NCBI GenBank assembly: GCA_963721655.1
Contig: CAVRKH010000006.1
Coordinates: 151,986-215,985 of the forward strand
DNA: 64,000 nt
Origin: an uncultured Chloroflexia bacterium
GTDB lineage: Bacteria > Chloroflexota > Limnocylindria > Limnocylindrales > CSP1-4
Reading direction: 5' to 3'
Made by a program: the position numbers and the translations under genes. Below are positions 9,846-24,409 of the stretch, in pieces. The notes below the pieces were generated by a model. The model searched no databases, was not told the origin of the DNA, and saw only the letters and a program-made list of their open reading frames with translations. Within the stretch, counting starts at the first letter, position 1. The number at the start of each line of letters is the position of its first letter.

Positions 9846-10103
9846 GCCGTTCCGGCTCGGACGGCGCGATGCGCCCCGCCGCTCGCCCTCTTCTTCGCCA
9901 GATACGCACCACACGCGTACTCGGCGCCATATCGCCCCGCGCGAGGGCGTGAGATAGCCTGTCTCGGCTAACTTGCCGGCTTATCCGACTGCGAATCGGC
10001 GCCTACACGCACCGCACGCGTACGTGACAGAAATCGGCCGCTCGCGCCATCGCCCGCCGAGCCCGCGTTGACATTTCTCAACGAACTTTTGCTGGCACAA
10101 CTC

Positions 10104-10133
10104 TTGACAACGCCATTGTCAGGGTTCTAGCAT
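10104..10133 (+). promoter_or_regulatory. sigma70-like promoter with an overlapping inverted repeat, upstream of hspR-lon
   Basis: TTGACA at 10104-10109, an 18-nt spacer, then TAGCAT at 10128-10133. The inverted repeat TGACAA(10105-10110)-cgcca-TTGTCA(10116-10121) sits between the hexamers. A second palindrome, CGTTGA-catttc-TCAACG, lies at 10066-10083. Confidence 0.5.
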
Positions 10134-10141
10134 CCAAATGT

Positions 10142-10187
10142 GTCCTGCGGCGGGTCCGCGGGGCTGCAGAATTCAGTATCACAGGAC
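10142..10187 (+). promoter_or_regulatory. 5' leader hairpin pairing GTCCTG with the CAGGAC (Shine-Dalgarno-like) segment of hspR
   Basis: GTCCTG at 10142-10147 is the exact reverse complement of CAGGAC at 10182-10187. The latter contains the only purine-rich AGGA upstream of the ATG at 10200. Confidence 0.3.
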
Positions 10188-10199
10188 GACTGACCGTAT

Positions 10200-10621
10200 A
10201 TGACATATCGGCGCCCGGACCGCGATCCGACCCAGCCGGTGTACGTGATCAGCGTCGCGGCGACGCTCGTCAGCGCGCACCCGCGCACGCTCCGGATCTA
10301 CGAGGACGAGGGCCTGATCTGTCCGGCCCGAACGCCGACGAACATCCGGCTCTACAGCGAAAGCGACATCCGACGGATCACGTGGATCCGTCACCTCACC
10401 CGCGAGCGGGGCGTGAACCTCGCCGGGGTCCGGATCCTCTTCGAACTGGAGGAGCGGCTCGGAACTCGAATCCTCGAAGCACTCTACGCGGAGGGCACCG
10501 GAAACGGCTCCAAGAGCCGGGCCCGCTCCCGCACCACCGAACCCGAGCCCGGCGTGCAAGACGCCGACGACGCGGTCGATGAGGCGCTCGCCTCCGACCC
10601 GAACCCCGATAGGAGAACCTG

Positions 10622-10622
<1 letters not shown>
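10200..10622 (+). CDS. hspR: MerR-family heat-shock transcriptional repressor HspR
   Basis: PVYVISVAATLVSAHPRTLRIYEDEGLICPARTPTNIRLYSESDIRRITWIRHLT matches the HspR/MerR HTH region. The stop overlaps the lon ATG (TGATG). Confidence 0.85.
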
Positions 10623-13117
<2,495 letters not shown>

Positions 13118-13292
13118 CGATGGGCGCCGCTGATTTCGGTCCATCCCGTCGTTGGGGGCTGCGCGTGCTCGCTTACGCACAGCAGCGTGCGTGCGCTCGC
13201 ATGCTCGCCCCCGCCTCGGCCTGGACACGCCTCAGCGGCGCCGAGGCAGCCCCAACTCGGGCCGCGCCAAAGCGGTAAGGCGATAGGTCGCC

Positions 13293-14351
13293 ATGGAATA
13301 CAAGGACTACTACGCCGTCCTCGGAGTCCCGAGGACGGCGTCACAGACCGAGATCAAGAAGGCGTACCGGAAGCTGGCGCGGGAGCACCATCCCGACGCA
13401 AAGCCCGGTGACACCGCGTCGGACCGCCGCTTCAAGGACGTCAATGAGGCCAACGCGGTGCTCAGCGACCCGGACAAGCGCAAGCAGTACGACGCGCTCG
13501 GGGCGAACTGGGAGACGTTCAGCCGGGCCGGTGCGGGGGCCGGCGGCAATCCGTTCGCCGGGTTCGCGGGCTTTGGCGGGACGGGCGGCCAGGCCGGCCA
13601 GGCCGGCCAGGCCGGCAACGTCCGCTACGAGTTCCGCTCGAGCGGCGACCCCGGGGAGTTCTCGGACTTCTTCCGCATGTTCTTCGGAGGAGAGGGCGGG
13701 TTTGCCGACGTGGCCAGCGCCCGCTCCGGCGCCGGACGAGCCGGCGGCAGCGCCGGGACGATCGACCTCGAGGATTTCCTGGCCGGGATGGGGGCGGGCG
13801 TGCAATCCGGCCGCGGCCGCGCGACGTCGAGCCCGGCTCGTCCCGCTGCGAAGCCCAGGCACGAGGCGCAAGCCGAGATCACGCTTGACGAGGCCTTCCA
13901 CGGGACGACTCGCCTCGTCGACGTCGACGGCAAGCGACTCGAGATCACGATCCCGCCCGGGGCGGACACCGGCACACGGATCCGCCTGACCGGCAAGGGG
14001 CCGGGCGGTGGCGACCTCCACATCGTCGTCCGCCAGCGCCCCGACGCGACCTTCACCCGCAAGGGCGCGGACCTCGAGCGCGAGCTGCCGATCACCCTCA
14101 AGGAGGCCGTCCTCGGCGCCGAGGTGCCGGTTCGGTCGCCGAAGGGGACGGTGCTCCTCCGGATCCCGCCGGGGACGCAGCCCGGACGGCAGTTCCGGCT
14201 CCGCGGCCGCGGCATGCCGAAGTTCCGCGCCGACGGCCACGGCGATCTGTACGTCCGCGCCAAGGTCGTCCTTCCGACAGACCTGACCGACGAGGCAAGG
14301 GACGCGGCCCAGCGCTTCCTCGACGCCGTCGACCAACCCGATCCACGCTGA
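13293..14351 (+). CDS. J-domain co-chaperone of CbpA/DnaJ class II type (no zinc-finger domain)
   Basis: J domain [32 protein letters not shown], a G/F-like linker, and C-terminal substrate-binding domains ([11 protein letters not shown]...LRLRGRGMP). No CxxCxGxG repeats are present. Confidence 0.85.
   Translation: MEYKDYYAVLGVPRTASQTEIKKAYRKLAREHHPDAKPGDTASDRRFKDVNEANAVLSDPDKRKQYDALGANWETFSRAGAGAGGNPFAGFAGFGGTGGQAGQAGQAGNVRYEFRSSGDPGEFSDFFRMFFGGEGGFADVASARSGAGRAGGSAGTIDLEDFLAGMGAGVQSGRGRATSSPARPAAKPRHEAQAEITLDEAFHGTTRLVDVDGKRLEITIPPGADTGTRIRLTGKGPGGGDLHIVVRQRPDATFTRKGADLERELPITLKEAVLGAEVPVRSPKGTVLLRIPPGTQPGRQFRLRGRGMPKFRADGHGDLYVRAKVVLPTDLTDEARDAAQRFLDAVDQPDPR
13587..13613 (+). repeat. perfect 9-bp tandem repeat (ggccaggcc x3) inside the Gly-rich linker of the J-protein gene
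   Basis: ggccaggcc occurs three times head-to-tail at 13587-13613 and encodes [10 protein letters not shown]. Confidence 0.9.
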
Positions 14352-14376
14352 TCGAACGAACCCAGAGAGACCGCAC

Positions 14377-17109
<2,733 letters not shown>

Positions 17110-17123
17110 GCCGGCTCGGCGAC

Positions 17124-17759
17124 GTGAGGTTCGAGCACGTCGCCGAACGCCTGACGCCGTTTCCGACGAGGCTCCCGCCACCTGCCGACGTCCTGACGGC
17201 GGTGCTGCTCGACGAACGGGTGCGCCGGAACGTCGCGCCGCCGGCCGGGGTCGTCCCTCGAGCGGCGGCCGTGCTGGTGCTGATCCACCCCGATGACGAC
17301 GGCGAAGCGCGCGTCGTGCTCACCGAGCGGGCGACGCGTGATGGCCATCACAGCGGCGAGGTGAGCTTTCCCGGCGGTCGCGCCGAGGAGACCGATCGCG
17401 GTCCGACCGAGACGGCGCTGCGCGAGGCCGAGGAGGAGGTCGCGCTCGATGCCGTCGCGTCCGGCGTGCGCGTGCTCGGCCAGCTCGACCGGGTGTGGAT
17501 CCCGGTGAGCAACTTCGACATCACGCCGATCGTCGCCGTCGCCGATCGGATGCCGGCGCTCCACCCGTCCGAGGCCGAGGTTGCCCGAATCGTCCACGCG
17601 CCGCTCGACGCGTTCCTGCCAGGTGCGCCGGTGGAGGTGATCGAGCGGCAGATCGGGGATTGGCCGATCCGGTTCGGCGCGTACCCGATCGACGGTCTGG
17701 CCGTGTGGGGCGCGACGGCACGAATCCTCAGCCAGCTCGGCGCGATCGTCGCCGAATAG
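17124..17759 (+). CDS. Nudix hydrolase (CoA pyrophosphatase-like)
   Basis: Nudix box GEVSFPGGRAEETDRGPTETALREAEEEVAL. GTG start. Confidence 0.75.
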   Translation: MRFEHVAERLTPFPTRLPPPADVLTAVLLDERVRRNVAPPAGVVPRAAAVLVLIHPDDDGEARVVLTERATRDGHHSGEVSFPGGRAEETDRGPTETALREAEEEVALDAVASGVRVLGQLDRVWIPVSNFDITPIVAVADRMPALHPSEAEVARIVHAPLDAFLPGAPVEVIERQIGDWPIRFGAYPIDGLAVWGATARILSQLGAIVAE

Positions 17760-17787
17760 CGGCCAGCAGGTCCAGGCGGCGGACCGG

Positions 17788-18261
17788 CTAGAGCGGCTCC
17801 CCCGCTTCCGGGTCGTGGGCGATCGGGCGGTCCGGTTCGACGAGCGCACCCTGGCCGGCGGCCACCGCCGGGAGCCCGGGCCCCGATGCCACGGCGAGGC
17901 CGTCGAGGATGCCCTGGACCTGACTGTCGTCGGCGCCGGCCAGCTCGACGACGATCGCGCGCATGTGCCCGTGCTCGGTCCACGCGGCGTGGACCTCGTC
18001 GGCCGGCCAGACGGCCGCCTCCCCGGCCGCGATCCGCGTCTTCTCGTCGCCGACGAGCACCCAGCCGCCGCCCTCGATCACGATGAACCACGCCGAATTC
18101 GGATTCGAGTGCGGCTCGATGCGGGCACCACGCGCCAGCGCCAGCTCCGAGATCGTTCCGCGAGCGTCGCTGTGGATCACCTGCGACTGGACGCCGCTCG
18201 TGCCGGGCGGGCTCTCCGGCCGGCGGTTGCCGACGCCGAACCGGCGGATCTCGATCGGCAT
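17788..18261 (-). CDS. cupin domain protein
   Basis: The G..I.PH.....WFIVIEGGGWVLVGDE...AAGEAAVWPADEVH pattern is typical of the cupin_2 fold. Confidence 0.7.
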   Translation of the reverse strand: MPIEIRRFGVGNRRPESPPGTSGVQSQVIHSDARGTISELALARGARIEPHSNPNSAWFIVIEGGGWVLVGDEKTRIAAGEAAVWPADEVHAAWTEHGHMRAIVVELAGADDSQVQGILDGLAVASGPGLPAVAAGQGALVEPDRPIAHDPEAGEPL

Positions 18262-18280
18262 CGGCGGTTCAGCGACGCGA

Positions 18281-18718
18281 TCAGCGACGGCGGCGCGAGC
18301 GCCGCCCGCCGCCGCGCCGCCGGATCGTGGCCTCGGGATCGCTCGCCTTCTGGCGGCTCACGTAGCGCTGCCGTGCGAGCTGCCGCTCGTACGCGAGGAT
18401 GATCGGCGGGAAGCGCCGGAAGCGGATCCAGACCAGCGTGGCCACGCCGGCCACCGCCGTGGTGAGGACCAGGAAGAAGTCGAACGCAAAGACCGCGCCG
18501 ACCAGCAGCAGCGAGAAGGTGATGAGGCCGGTCCACAACAGCCACTCCCACAGGTCGAGGTACGGGCGGTGGCGGTGGAGCTGCCGCGTGCGAACGTTGT
18601 ACAGGACGATGAGGACGACGAGACCGACGATCGACGCGACCGCCGTCTGGTAGAACAGGTCCGGGAAGAAAAACGCGTTGAAGGCCTCGAACAGGTATTC
18701 CCAGGGGGCACGCGTCAC
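18281..18718 (-). CDS. hypothetical membrane protein (3 TM segments, Arg-rich tail)
   Basis: Hydrophobic segments AVASIVGLVVLIVLY, LLWTGLITFSLLLVGAVFAFDFFLVL and TTAVAGVATLVWI. I recognise no family. Confidence 0.5.
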   Translation of the reverse strand: MTRAPWEYLFEAFNAFFFPDLFYQTAVASIVGLVVLIVLYNVRTRQLHRHRPYLDLWEWLLWTGLITFSLLLVGAVFAFDFFLVLTTAVAGVATLVWIRFRRFPPIILAYERQLARQRYVSRQKASDPEATIRRRGGGRRSRRRR

Positions 18719-18949
18719 GGAGAACCTCGAAGTCGACTAAGGATCGGGTGGGGCCGTGTTCCGGAGCCCGCGACGATGGCCGCGCTGGCTCCAGCGCCAC
18801 GGAGTATGCCACGGCAGCCGCTATACTCGGCCCCCAGAACCCGGTCGTGGTGCGCTGCTGCCGCGAGTCAGTCGTTCGGCGCCCAGCAACCAGTCACCGA
18901 ACGGACCGAATCCTGGCGACCCACAACGGGAAACGGGAGGTGGACGCGA

Positions 18950-20497
18950 TTGCGAGCCCTGCTGTCAGTCGCCGACCGTGAAGGGATCTCGACGTTTGCC
19001 CGCGAGTTGCGTGAGCTGGGCGTCGAGGTCTACGCCACCGACGGCACACGCGAGCACCTTGCCGGCGAGGGCATCGAGGTAGCGCCGGTCTCGGACCTGA
19101 CGCAGGTCGCGTCGCTCATCGGCGGGCAGGTCAAGACCTTCCACCCGGCGGTCTATGCCGGGATTCTCGCCAGGCGCGATGTCCAGAGCCAGCTCGACGA
19201 GCTGCGTGAGCACGGCATCGGCACGATCGACCTCGTCGTCGTCAACGTGAAGCCGTTCGCCCCGGAGGTCGGCCGCCGGCACGTCGGGATCGACGAGGCG
19301 ATCGAGCTGATCGACGTGGGCGGCGCGGCCCTGCTCGGGGCTGCCGCCCGAAACGCAGCCGGCGTCGCGGCCGTCGCCAAACCGGCCCACTACCCCCAGG
19401 TGATCGCCGAGCTGCGCGAGCACGGCATGGTGTCCGCCGAGTTCCGCGCCCAGCTCGCGGCCGAGGCGTTCGGGGCGGTCGCTGCCTACCACGCCGAGAT
19501 CGCGGCCTACCTCAACCAGCTCGCCGGAACGACCTTCCCGCCGCGCCTCGCGATGGTTCTCGAGAAGGTCTCCGACCTCGGCTACGGCGAGAACCCGCAC
19601 CAGCGCGCGGCGTTCTATCGCGAGACGACCCACCGCTCCTCGACCCTCGCCGACGCGGTCCAGCTGCAGGGCAGCCGGCCCTCGTTCAACAACCTGCTCG
19701 ACCTCGACGCGGCGTATCGCATCGCGTCCGACTACACGGCGCCGACGGTGGCGATCGTGAAGCACACCGATCCGGTCGGGCTTGCCTCGCACGACGAGCT
19801 CGTCGAGGCCTATCGCCATGCGCTGGAGACGGACCCGGTCGCGTCGTTCGGCGGGATCGTCGGGGTGAACCGCGAGCTCGACGGAGCGACCGCGCGCGAG
19901 ATCGCGGCGAACTCGTACGAGGCGGTCATCGCGCCGGGCTACAGCGAGGCGGCCATCGGCATCCTTCGCCCGAAGATCGGCCTGGAGCTGTTCTCCGTCC
20001 CACCGAACCCGATCGAGGGCATGCGCGACTACGGCATCGCGAACCTCGACTTCAAGCGCGTCGCCGGCGGCCTGCTCGTCGAGACCCTCGACGATCCGGC
20101 CCTCGATCGAAGCCGGCTCCAGGTCGTGACCAAGCGCCGGCCCACCCTCGAGGAGCTGACCGACCTGCTGTTCGCGTGGCGGGCGGTCCGCCACGTGCGC
20201 TCGAACGCGATCGTCCTCGCCCGCAACGGCATGACGATCGGGATCGGGCCTGCGCAGGGCAGCCGCCAGGTGTCGGTCGAGATCGCGTTGCGCCGCGCCG
20301 GAGATCGGGCCAAGACAGCGGTCATGGCGTCGGACGCCTACTTCCCGTTCCCCGACGGCATCCAGGCCGCGGCCGTGGCCGGCATCACCGCGATCATCCA
20401 GCCGGGCGGCTCGATCCGCGACGAGATGGCAATCGAGGTCGCCGATCGCCATCACCTGGCGATGGTGTTCACAGGGAGACGGCACTTCAGACATTAG
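18950..20497 (+). CDS. purH: bifunctional AICAR transformylase / IMP cyclohydrolase PurH
   Basis: MGS-like domain LRALLSVADREGISTFARELRELGVEVYATDGT...GGQVKTFHP, then the AICARFT domain to ...MVFTGRRHFRH. The TTG start at 18950 is preceded by GGGAGGTGG. Confidence 0.9.
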   Translation: MRALLSVADREGISTFARELRELGVEVYATDGTREHLAGEGIEVAPVSDLTQVASLIGGQVKTFHPAVYAGILARRDVQSQLDELREHGIGTIDLVVVNVKPFAPEVGRRHVGIDEAIELIDVGGAALLGAAARNAAGVAAVAKPAHYPQVIAELREHGMVSAEFRAQLAAEAFGAVAAYHAEIAAYLNQLAGTTFPPRLAMVLEKVSDLGYGENPHQRAAFYRETTHRSSTLADAVQLQGSRPSFNNLLDLDAAYRIASDYTAPTVAIVKHTDPVGLASHDELVEAYRHALETDPVASFGGIVGVNRELDGATAREIAANSYEAVIAPGYSEAAIGILRPKIGLELFSVPPNPIEGMRDYGIANLDFKRVAGGLLVETLDDPALDRSRLQVVTKRRPTLEELTDLLFAWRAVRHVRSNAIVLARNGMTIGIGPAQGSRQVSVEIALRRAGDRAKTAVMASDAYFPFPDGIQAAAVAGITAIIQPGGSIRDEMAIEVADRHHLAMVFTGRRHFRH

Positions 20498-20560
20498 TGC
20501 TGGCACGGAGTGCTCCGACGGCGGAGGCGACGCTCCTGCTAGCCATCCGCCGGAGGATTG

Positions 20561-21541
20561 ATGGAAGAACTGCTCGCGCTGGAGATGGTTCGGGTCACCG
20601 AAGCTGCGGCGCTGGCGTCCGCCCGGTTCATGGGCCGCGGCGAGACGGACGAGGCCGACGCGGCCGCCACCGAGGCGATGCGCCGGACGATGGACGAGAT
20701 CGAGTTCGCCGGCAGGATCGTGATCGGCGAGGGCGAGCGCGACGAGGCCCCGATGCTGTTCATCGGCGAGGCCGTCGGGCGGCACGAGCCGGACGCGGAC
20801 GTCCAGTCGATCGACATCGCGGTGGACCCGCTCGAGGGCACGAACCTGGTCGCCCACGGCCAGGCCGGCGCGATCACGGTCCTCGCGGCGTCGGAGGCCG
20901 GCGGCCTGGTCCACGCGCCCGACACGTACATGGAGAAGCTGTGCGTCGGGCCGGTCGCCGCGGGCAAGGTCGATATCCGCGAGCGTCCGAGCGAGAACCT
21001 CGGTCGGATTGCCGAGGCGCTCGGACGGCAAGTCGCCGACATCACGGTCGTGATCCTCGAGCGGCCGCGTCACGACGCGTTGATCGACGAGGTCCGCGGA
21101 GCCGGCGCCCGGATCAAGCTGATCGGCGACGGCGACCTGTCGGCGGCAATCTCGTGCGCCGTCATGGGTACCGGCGTGCACGCCGTCATGGGCATCGGCG
21201 GGGCGCCGGAGGGCGTGCTCACGGCGGCTGCGCTGCGCTGCCTCGGTGGCGAGATCCAGGCCCGCTTCCGCTATCGAAGCGATGAGGAGCGCGCCCGTGG
21301 CGCACGCATGGGCCACGGCGACGAGACGCGTGTCTACACGACCGAGGAGCTCGCATCCGGTGAGAACCTCGTGTTCGCCGCAACCGGCGTGACGACCGGC
21401 GACCTGCTCCAGGGAGTGCGCTACTTCGGCGGTGGCGCCCGAACGCACTCGCTGTCGATGGCCTACCAGACGAAGCAGGTGCGCTTCATCGACACGGTCC
21501 ACATGTTCGACCGCGACCGCCCCCCAAGCGTGCGGCTCTAG
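20561..21541 (+). CDS. glpX: class II fructose-1,6-bisphosphatase GlpX
   Basis: [43 protein letters not shown] and [23 protein letters not shown] 20561 lies 4 nt after GGAGG. Confidence 0.9.
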   Translation: MEELLALEMVRVTEAAALASARFMGRGETDEADAAATEAMRRTMDEIEFAGRIVIGEGERDEAPMLFIGEAVGRHEPDADVQSIDIAVDPLEGTNLVAHGQAGAITVLAASEAGGLVHAPDTYMEKLCVGPVAAGKVDIRERPSENLGRIAEALGRQVADITVVILERPRHDALIDEVRGAGARIKLIGDGDLSAAISCAVMGTGVHAVMGIGGAPEGVLTAAALRCLGGEIQARFRYRSDEERARGARMGHGDETRVYTTEELASGENLVFAATGVTTGDLLQGVRYFGGGARTHSLSMAYQTKQVRFIDTVHMFDRDRPPSVRL

Positions 21542-22584
21542 CTCCGCGCTGATGCGGCCCGCGCTTCGCCGTCGCCGCGACTGGCGCCGCCGTTCGGCGC
21601 CAGGCGCAGCTTCGGCAGCACCTCGCGCCCGAACACCTCGATGAACTCGGCCTGGTTGCGGCCGACGTTGTGCAGGTGGATCTCGTCGAAGCCCATGTTG
21701 ACGTAGTGCTGGATGAGTGCGGCGTGCATCTCGAGATCGGCGGTCATGAGGACGCGGTTCGCGAAGTCCTCCGGCTGGACCATCTTTGCGATCGCGGCAA
21801 AGTCTTCCGGAGTCCTGATGTCCTGCTTGGGGAAGGGCATCCCGCCGTTCGGCCATTCGAGGAGCGCGTTGTGGATCGCGTCCCGGTCGTTCCGCGCCCA
21901 CGAGACGTGCAGCTGGAGCACCTTCGGTTTCCCGATCGGGTCCTTGCCGGCCTCGCGGGCCCCCTCGTCGAACTTGTCCCAGAGCATCACGATCTTCTCG
22001 TCGGCGGCACCGACCGTGATCATGCCGTCGGCGTACTTGCCGGTCCGCTTTGCGTTGAACGGACCGGCCGTGGCGACGTAGATGGGGACCGGCTCATCGG
22101 GGCGTGTGTACAGCTTGGCGCTCTCCAGGGTGAAGTACTTCCCCTGGTGCTTGACCACCTCGCCGCTGAACAGCTTCGACATGATCTCGATGGCTTCGAA
22201 CATCATCGCGCTGCGCACGCCGATCTCCGGCCAGTATCCGCCGACGACGTGCTCGTTGAGCGCCTCGCCGGCCCCGAGTCCCAGCCAGAACCTGCCGGGG
22301 AACATCGCCCCGAGGGTCGCGGCGGCGTGCGCGATGACGGCGGGGTGGTAGCGGAACCCCGGGCACGTGACGCCGACCCCGAACGGGAGGCTCGTGCGCG
22401 TCCCGAGCGCGCCCATGAACGACCACGCGAACGCGCTGTGGCCCTGCTGCGGCAACCACGGGTGGAAATGCTCGCTGACCATGAACCCGGCCTCGAAGCC
22501 GGCCTCCTCGGCCTGCGCGCACCAGTCGAGGAGCTCGGTGGGGTGGAACTGCTCGAGCATCGCGGCGTAGCCGATTCTGGTCAT
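21538..22584 (-). CDS. LLM-class F420-dependent oxidoreductase, glucose-6-phosphate dehydrogenase (Fgd) family
   Basis: [43 protein letters not shown]...[11 protein letters not shown]... aligns by eye with mycobacterial Fgd1. I trimmed the start to the ATG at 22584. Confidence 0.8.
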   Translation of the reverse strand: MTRIGYAAMLEQFHPTELLDWCAQAEEAGFEAGFMVSEHFHPWLPQQGHSAFAWSFMGALGTRTSLPFGVGVTCPGFRYHPAVIAHAAATLGAMFPGRFWLGLGAGEALNEHVVGGYWPEIGVRSAMMFEAIEIMSKLFSGEVVKHQGKYFTLESAKLYTRPDEPVPIYVATAGPFNAKRTGKYADGMITVGAADEKIVMLWDKFDEGAREAGKDPIGKPKVLQLHVSWARNDRDAIHNALLEWPNGGMPFPKQDIRTPEDFAAIAKMVQPEDFANRVLMTADLEMHAALIQHYVNMGFDEIHLHNVGRNQAEFIEVFGREVLPKLRLAPNGGASRGDGEARAASARS

Positions 22585-22660
22585 TCGCGTGATCTCCGTT
22601 GGGCAGCGGCGATGGCGCGAGCGTAGCATCACCGGCGCGATGACCGGCCGGGCGATCGCG

Positions 22661-23296
22661 CTACCCGCGCGTCCTCGGCTGGATCCGAAGCCACCGGCGA
22701 CGGTCCGCGTCCCACCGCGCGATCGGCCGGACCGCGTCGGGACCTTCGACGGCGGCACGCTCGAGCCGGCGCGTCTCGACCGTCTCGTGCCAGCCCGGAG
22801 GAACGAGTCCCGGCGCGAGATCGGCCAGCGGCGCGAGGACGAACAGCCGCTCCCCGGCGTCCCGATGCGGGACCTCGAGCAGCCGCGCCGCCTTCGCCGG
22901 ATCGGTCTCGGCCTCGACCGACCGGGCTTCGGGCGGACGGTCGATCGCAAGCCTGGCTCGGCCGAAGACGAGCAGGTCGAGGTCGAGCTCGCGCGGACCC
23001 CAGCGCCGCCGACGCCGGCGCCCGAAGTCGCGCTCGAGGCCCTTCAGCGCCGCGAGGAGCTCGGTCGCACCGACCGCCGGGTCCGGGCCGGCCGGAACGT
23101 CGAGTGCCACGACCGCGTTGCGAAAATCGGGCTGATCGGTGACGCCGACCGGGGCAGTCGCGTACAGGAGGGAGACGCCCCGAAGCCGTACGCCCGGGAG
23201 CGCGGCGAGCGCGTCGATCGCCTCGGCCAGCGTCCGCTCGGCGTCGCCGACGTTCGCCCCGAGCCCGACGTAGGCTCGGACAGTCCTCGCGCTCAC
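22661..23296 (-). CDS. folK: 2-amino-4-hydroxy-6-hydroxymethyldihydropteridine diphosphokinase FolK
   Basis: AYVGLGANVGD, LYATAPVG..DQPDF.NAVV, RWGPRELDLDLL and PHRDAGERLFVLAPLADL. The GTG start at 23296 is preceded by GGAGGG. Confidence 0.8.
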   Translation of the reverse strand: MSARTVRAYVGLGANVGDAERTLAEAIDALAALPGVRLRGVSLLYATAPVGVTDQPDFRNAVVALDVPAGPDPAVGATELLAALKGLERDFGRRRRRRWGPRELDLDLLVFGRARLAIDRPPEARSVEAETDPAKAARLLEVPHRDAGERLFVLAPLADLAPGLVPPGWHETVETRRLERAAVEGPDAVRPIARWDADRRRWLRIQPRTRG

Positions 23297-23305
23297 GAGC
23301 CCTCC

Positions 23306-24409
23306 ATGGTGCGCTCGATAGACTCCGTGGCGATGCGCGACGTCGCGGTCTGGATCCTCCACCCGGAACCGGGTGCCGGCGCGGGCCCGCTCGAGCGGTG
23401 GGTCGCCGCCGAGCGGTCCCGGATCGCGGAGCGCCACCGCGACGGCTTTCTGCGCGCCGGCGCTGCGACGGCCCGGATCGTCTCCGGTCCGCCCGACGAT
23501 ACATCGTTCGGAGCGCGGCTCCGCGGGCTGGTCGAGGAGGCGCGACCCCGCCCGAGCGGGGCGATCGTGCTGGGCTCCGGCGCGGTTCCGCTGGCGACGA
23601 TCCGCGATCGGCGGTCCTTCGTTGCGACCGCTGCCGCGGCGACACCCACGGCGCTCGCCAACAACCGCTACTCGGCCGACGTCGTCTCGATCGCCTGCGT
23701 CGAATCGCTCCTCGCGCTGCCCGACCTGCCCGCCGACAACGCGCTCCCGCGCTGGCTGGAGGAGGTGGCCGGGTACCAGGTCGACGACCTGCGGCACCGA
23801 TGGCGGCTCGCGTTCGACGTCGACGGGCCACTCGACCTGCTGCTCATGGGTCGCGCGGGCGGTTCGGCCGCCGGCGACGTCGAAACGGCTCGGGCACGCC
23901 TCGGCGCCGTGGCGTCGGTCGCCGCCGATCGGCGGGCCGAGCTGGTCGTGGCGGGGCGCACGTCGGCCGCGACCCTGCGCTGGCTGGAGACAGCCGCCCA
24001 TGCACGCGTCCGCGCGCTTGTCGAGGAACGCGGCATGCGTGCAGCCAGCGTCCTTGCACAGGCCGGCGACCAGTCACGGCCCGGACGCGGCCCGGCGTCC
24101 GTGCTCGGCCTGCTCCTCGATCGTGACGGCCCGGCGTCCCTCGGCGGCCATCTCGAACGGCTGGGCGATGCCGCCGTGGTCGATAGCCGGGTGCTCCTCG
24201 CGCACCGGTTCGGTGCCGACGAGCGAGACTGGCCGCCTGCAGAGGACCGCTTCGCGTCGGACCTGCTGCTCCCCGACCGCGTCGCCGATCCGTGGCTGCG
24301 CGACCTGACCGCGTCGGTCGTGGGCGCGCGGATCCCGGTCGCACTCGGCGGGCACACGCTCGTGGGCGTGGGCCTGCGCCTCCTGCTTGGGAAGCGCCGA
24401 TGGACCTGA
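23306..24409 (+). CDS. conserved hypothetical protein
   Basis: The 3' two-thirds of ORF 22589-24409 have unbiased composition (VLGSGAVPLATIRDRR...NNRYSADVVSIACVESL...). The upstream part is antisense to folK, so I trimmed to ATG 23306. I recognise no family. Confidence 0.45.
   Translation: MVRSIDSVAMRDVAVWILHPEPGAGAGPLERWVAAERSRIAERHRDGFLRAGAATARIVSGPPDDTSFGARLRGLVEEARPRPSGAIVLGSGAVPLATIRDRRSFVATAAAATPTALANNRYSADVVSIACVESLLALPDLPADNALPRWLEEVAGYQVDDLRHRWRLAFDVDGPLDLLLMGRAGGSAAGDVETARARLGAVASVAADRRAELVVAGRTSAATLRWLETAAHARVRALVEERGMRAASVLAQAGDQSRPGRGPASVLGLLLDRDGPASLGGHLERLGDAAVVDSRVLLAHRFGADERDWPPAEDRFASDLLLPDRVADPWLRDLTASVVGARIPVALGGHTLVGVGLRLLLGKRRWT

Noticed and set aside
10093-10107. Sigma-54-like element TGGCAC-N5-TTGA
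   Set aside because: The -12 element lacks the conserved GC (TTGA instead of TTGC). It overlaps a good sigma70 -35 hexamer, and no enhancer-binding-protein gene is nearby.
10156-10174. Cluster of SacII (CCGCGG), PstI (CTGCAG) and EcoRI (GAATTC) sites resembling a cloning-vector polylinker
   Set aside because: It is only about 20 nt and has no flanking vector sequence. It sits inside a plausible native leader hairpin, so I treat it as coincidence.
9846-10199. Canonical HAIR (CTTGAGT-N7-ACTCAAG) or CIRCE (TTAGCACTC-N9-GAGTGCTAA) elements upstream of hspR-lon, and at 13118-13292 upstream of dnaJ-clpB
   Set aside because: I found no match to either consensus. Only the different palindromes reported in the findings are present.
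18760-18949. Possible ZTP (pfl) riboswitch upstream of purH
   Set aside because: There is a GGUCGUG-like stretch (about 18842-18852) and a CCUGGCGA near 18911. However, I could not find the conserved GGUGG...CCACCGGG sub-domain or the 3' CCGCCUGGGCA element in the correct order. The resemblance is too weak without a covariance-model scan.
22589-23305. N-terminal 239 codons of ORF 22589-24409
   Set aside because: This part overlaps folK on the opposite strand and is Arg/Pro-rich. Only the part after ATG 23306 looks like real protein.
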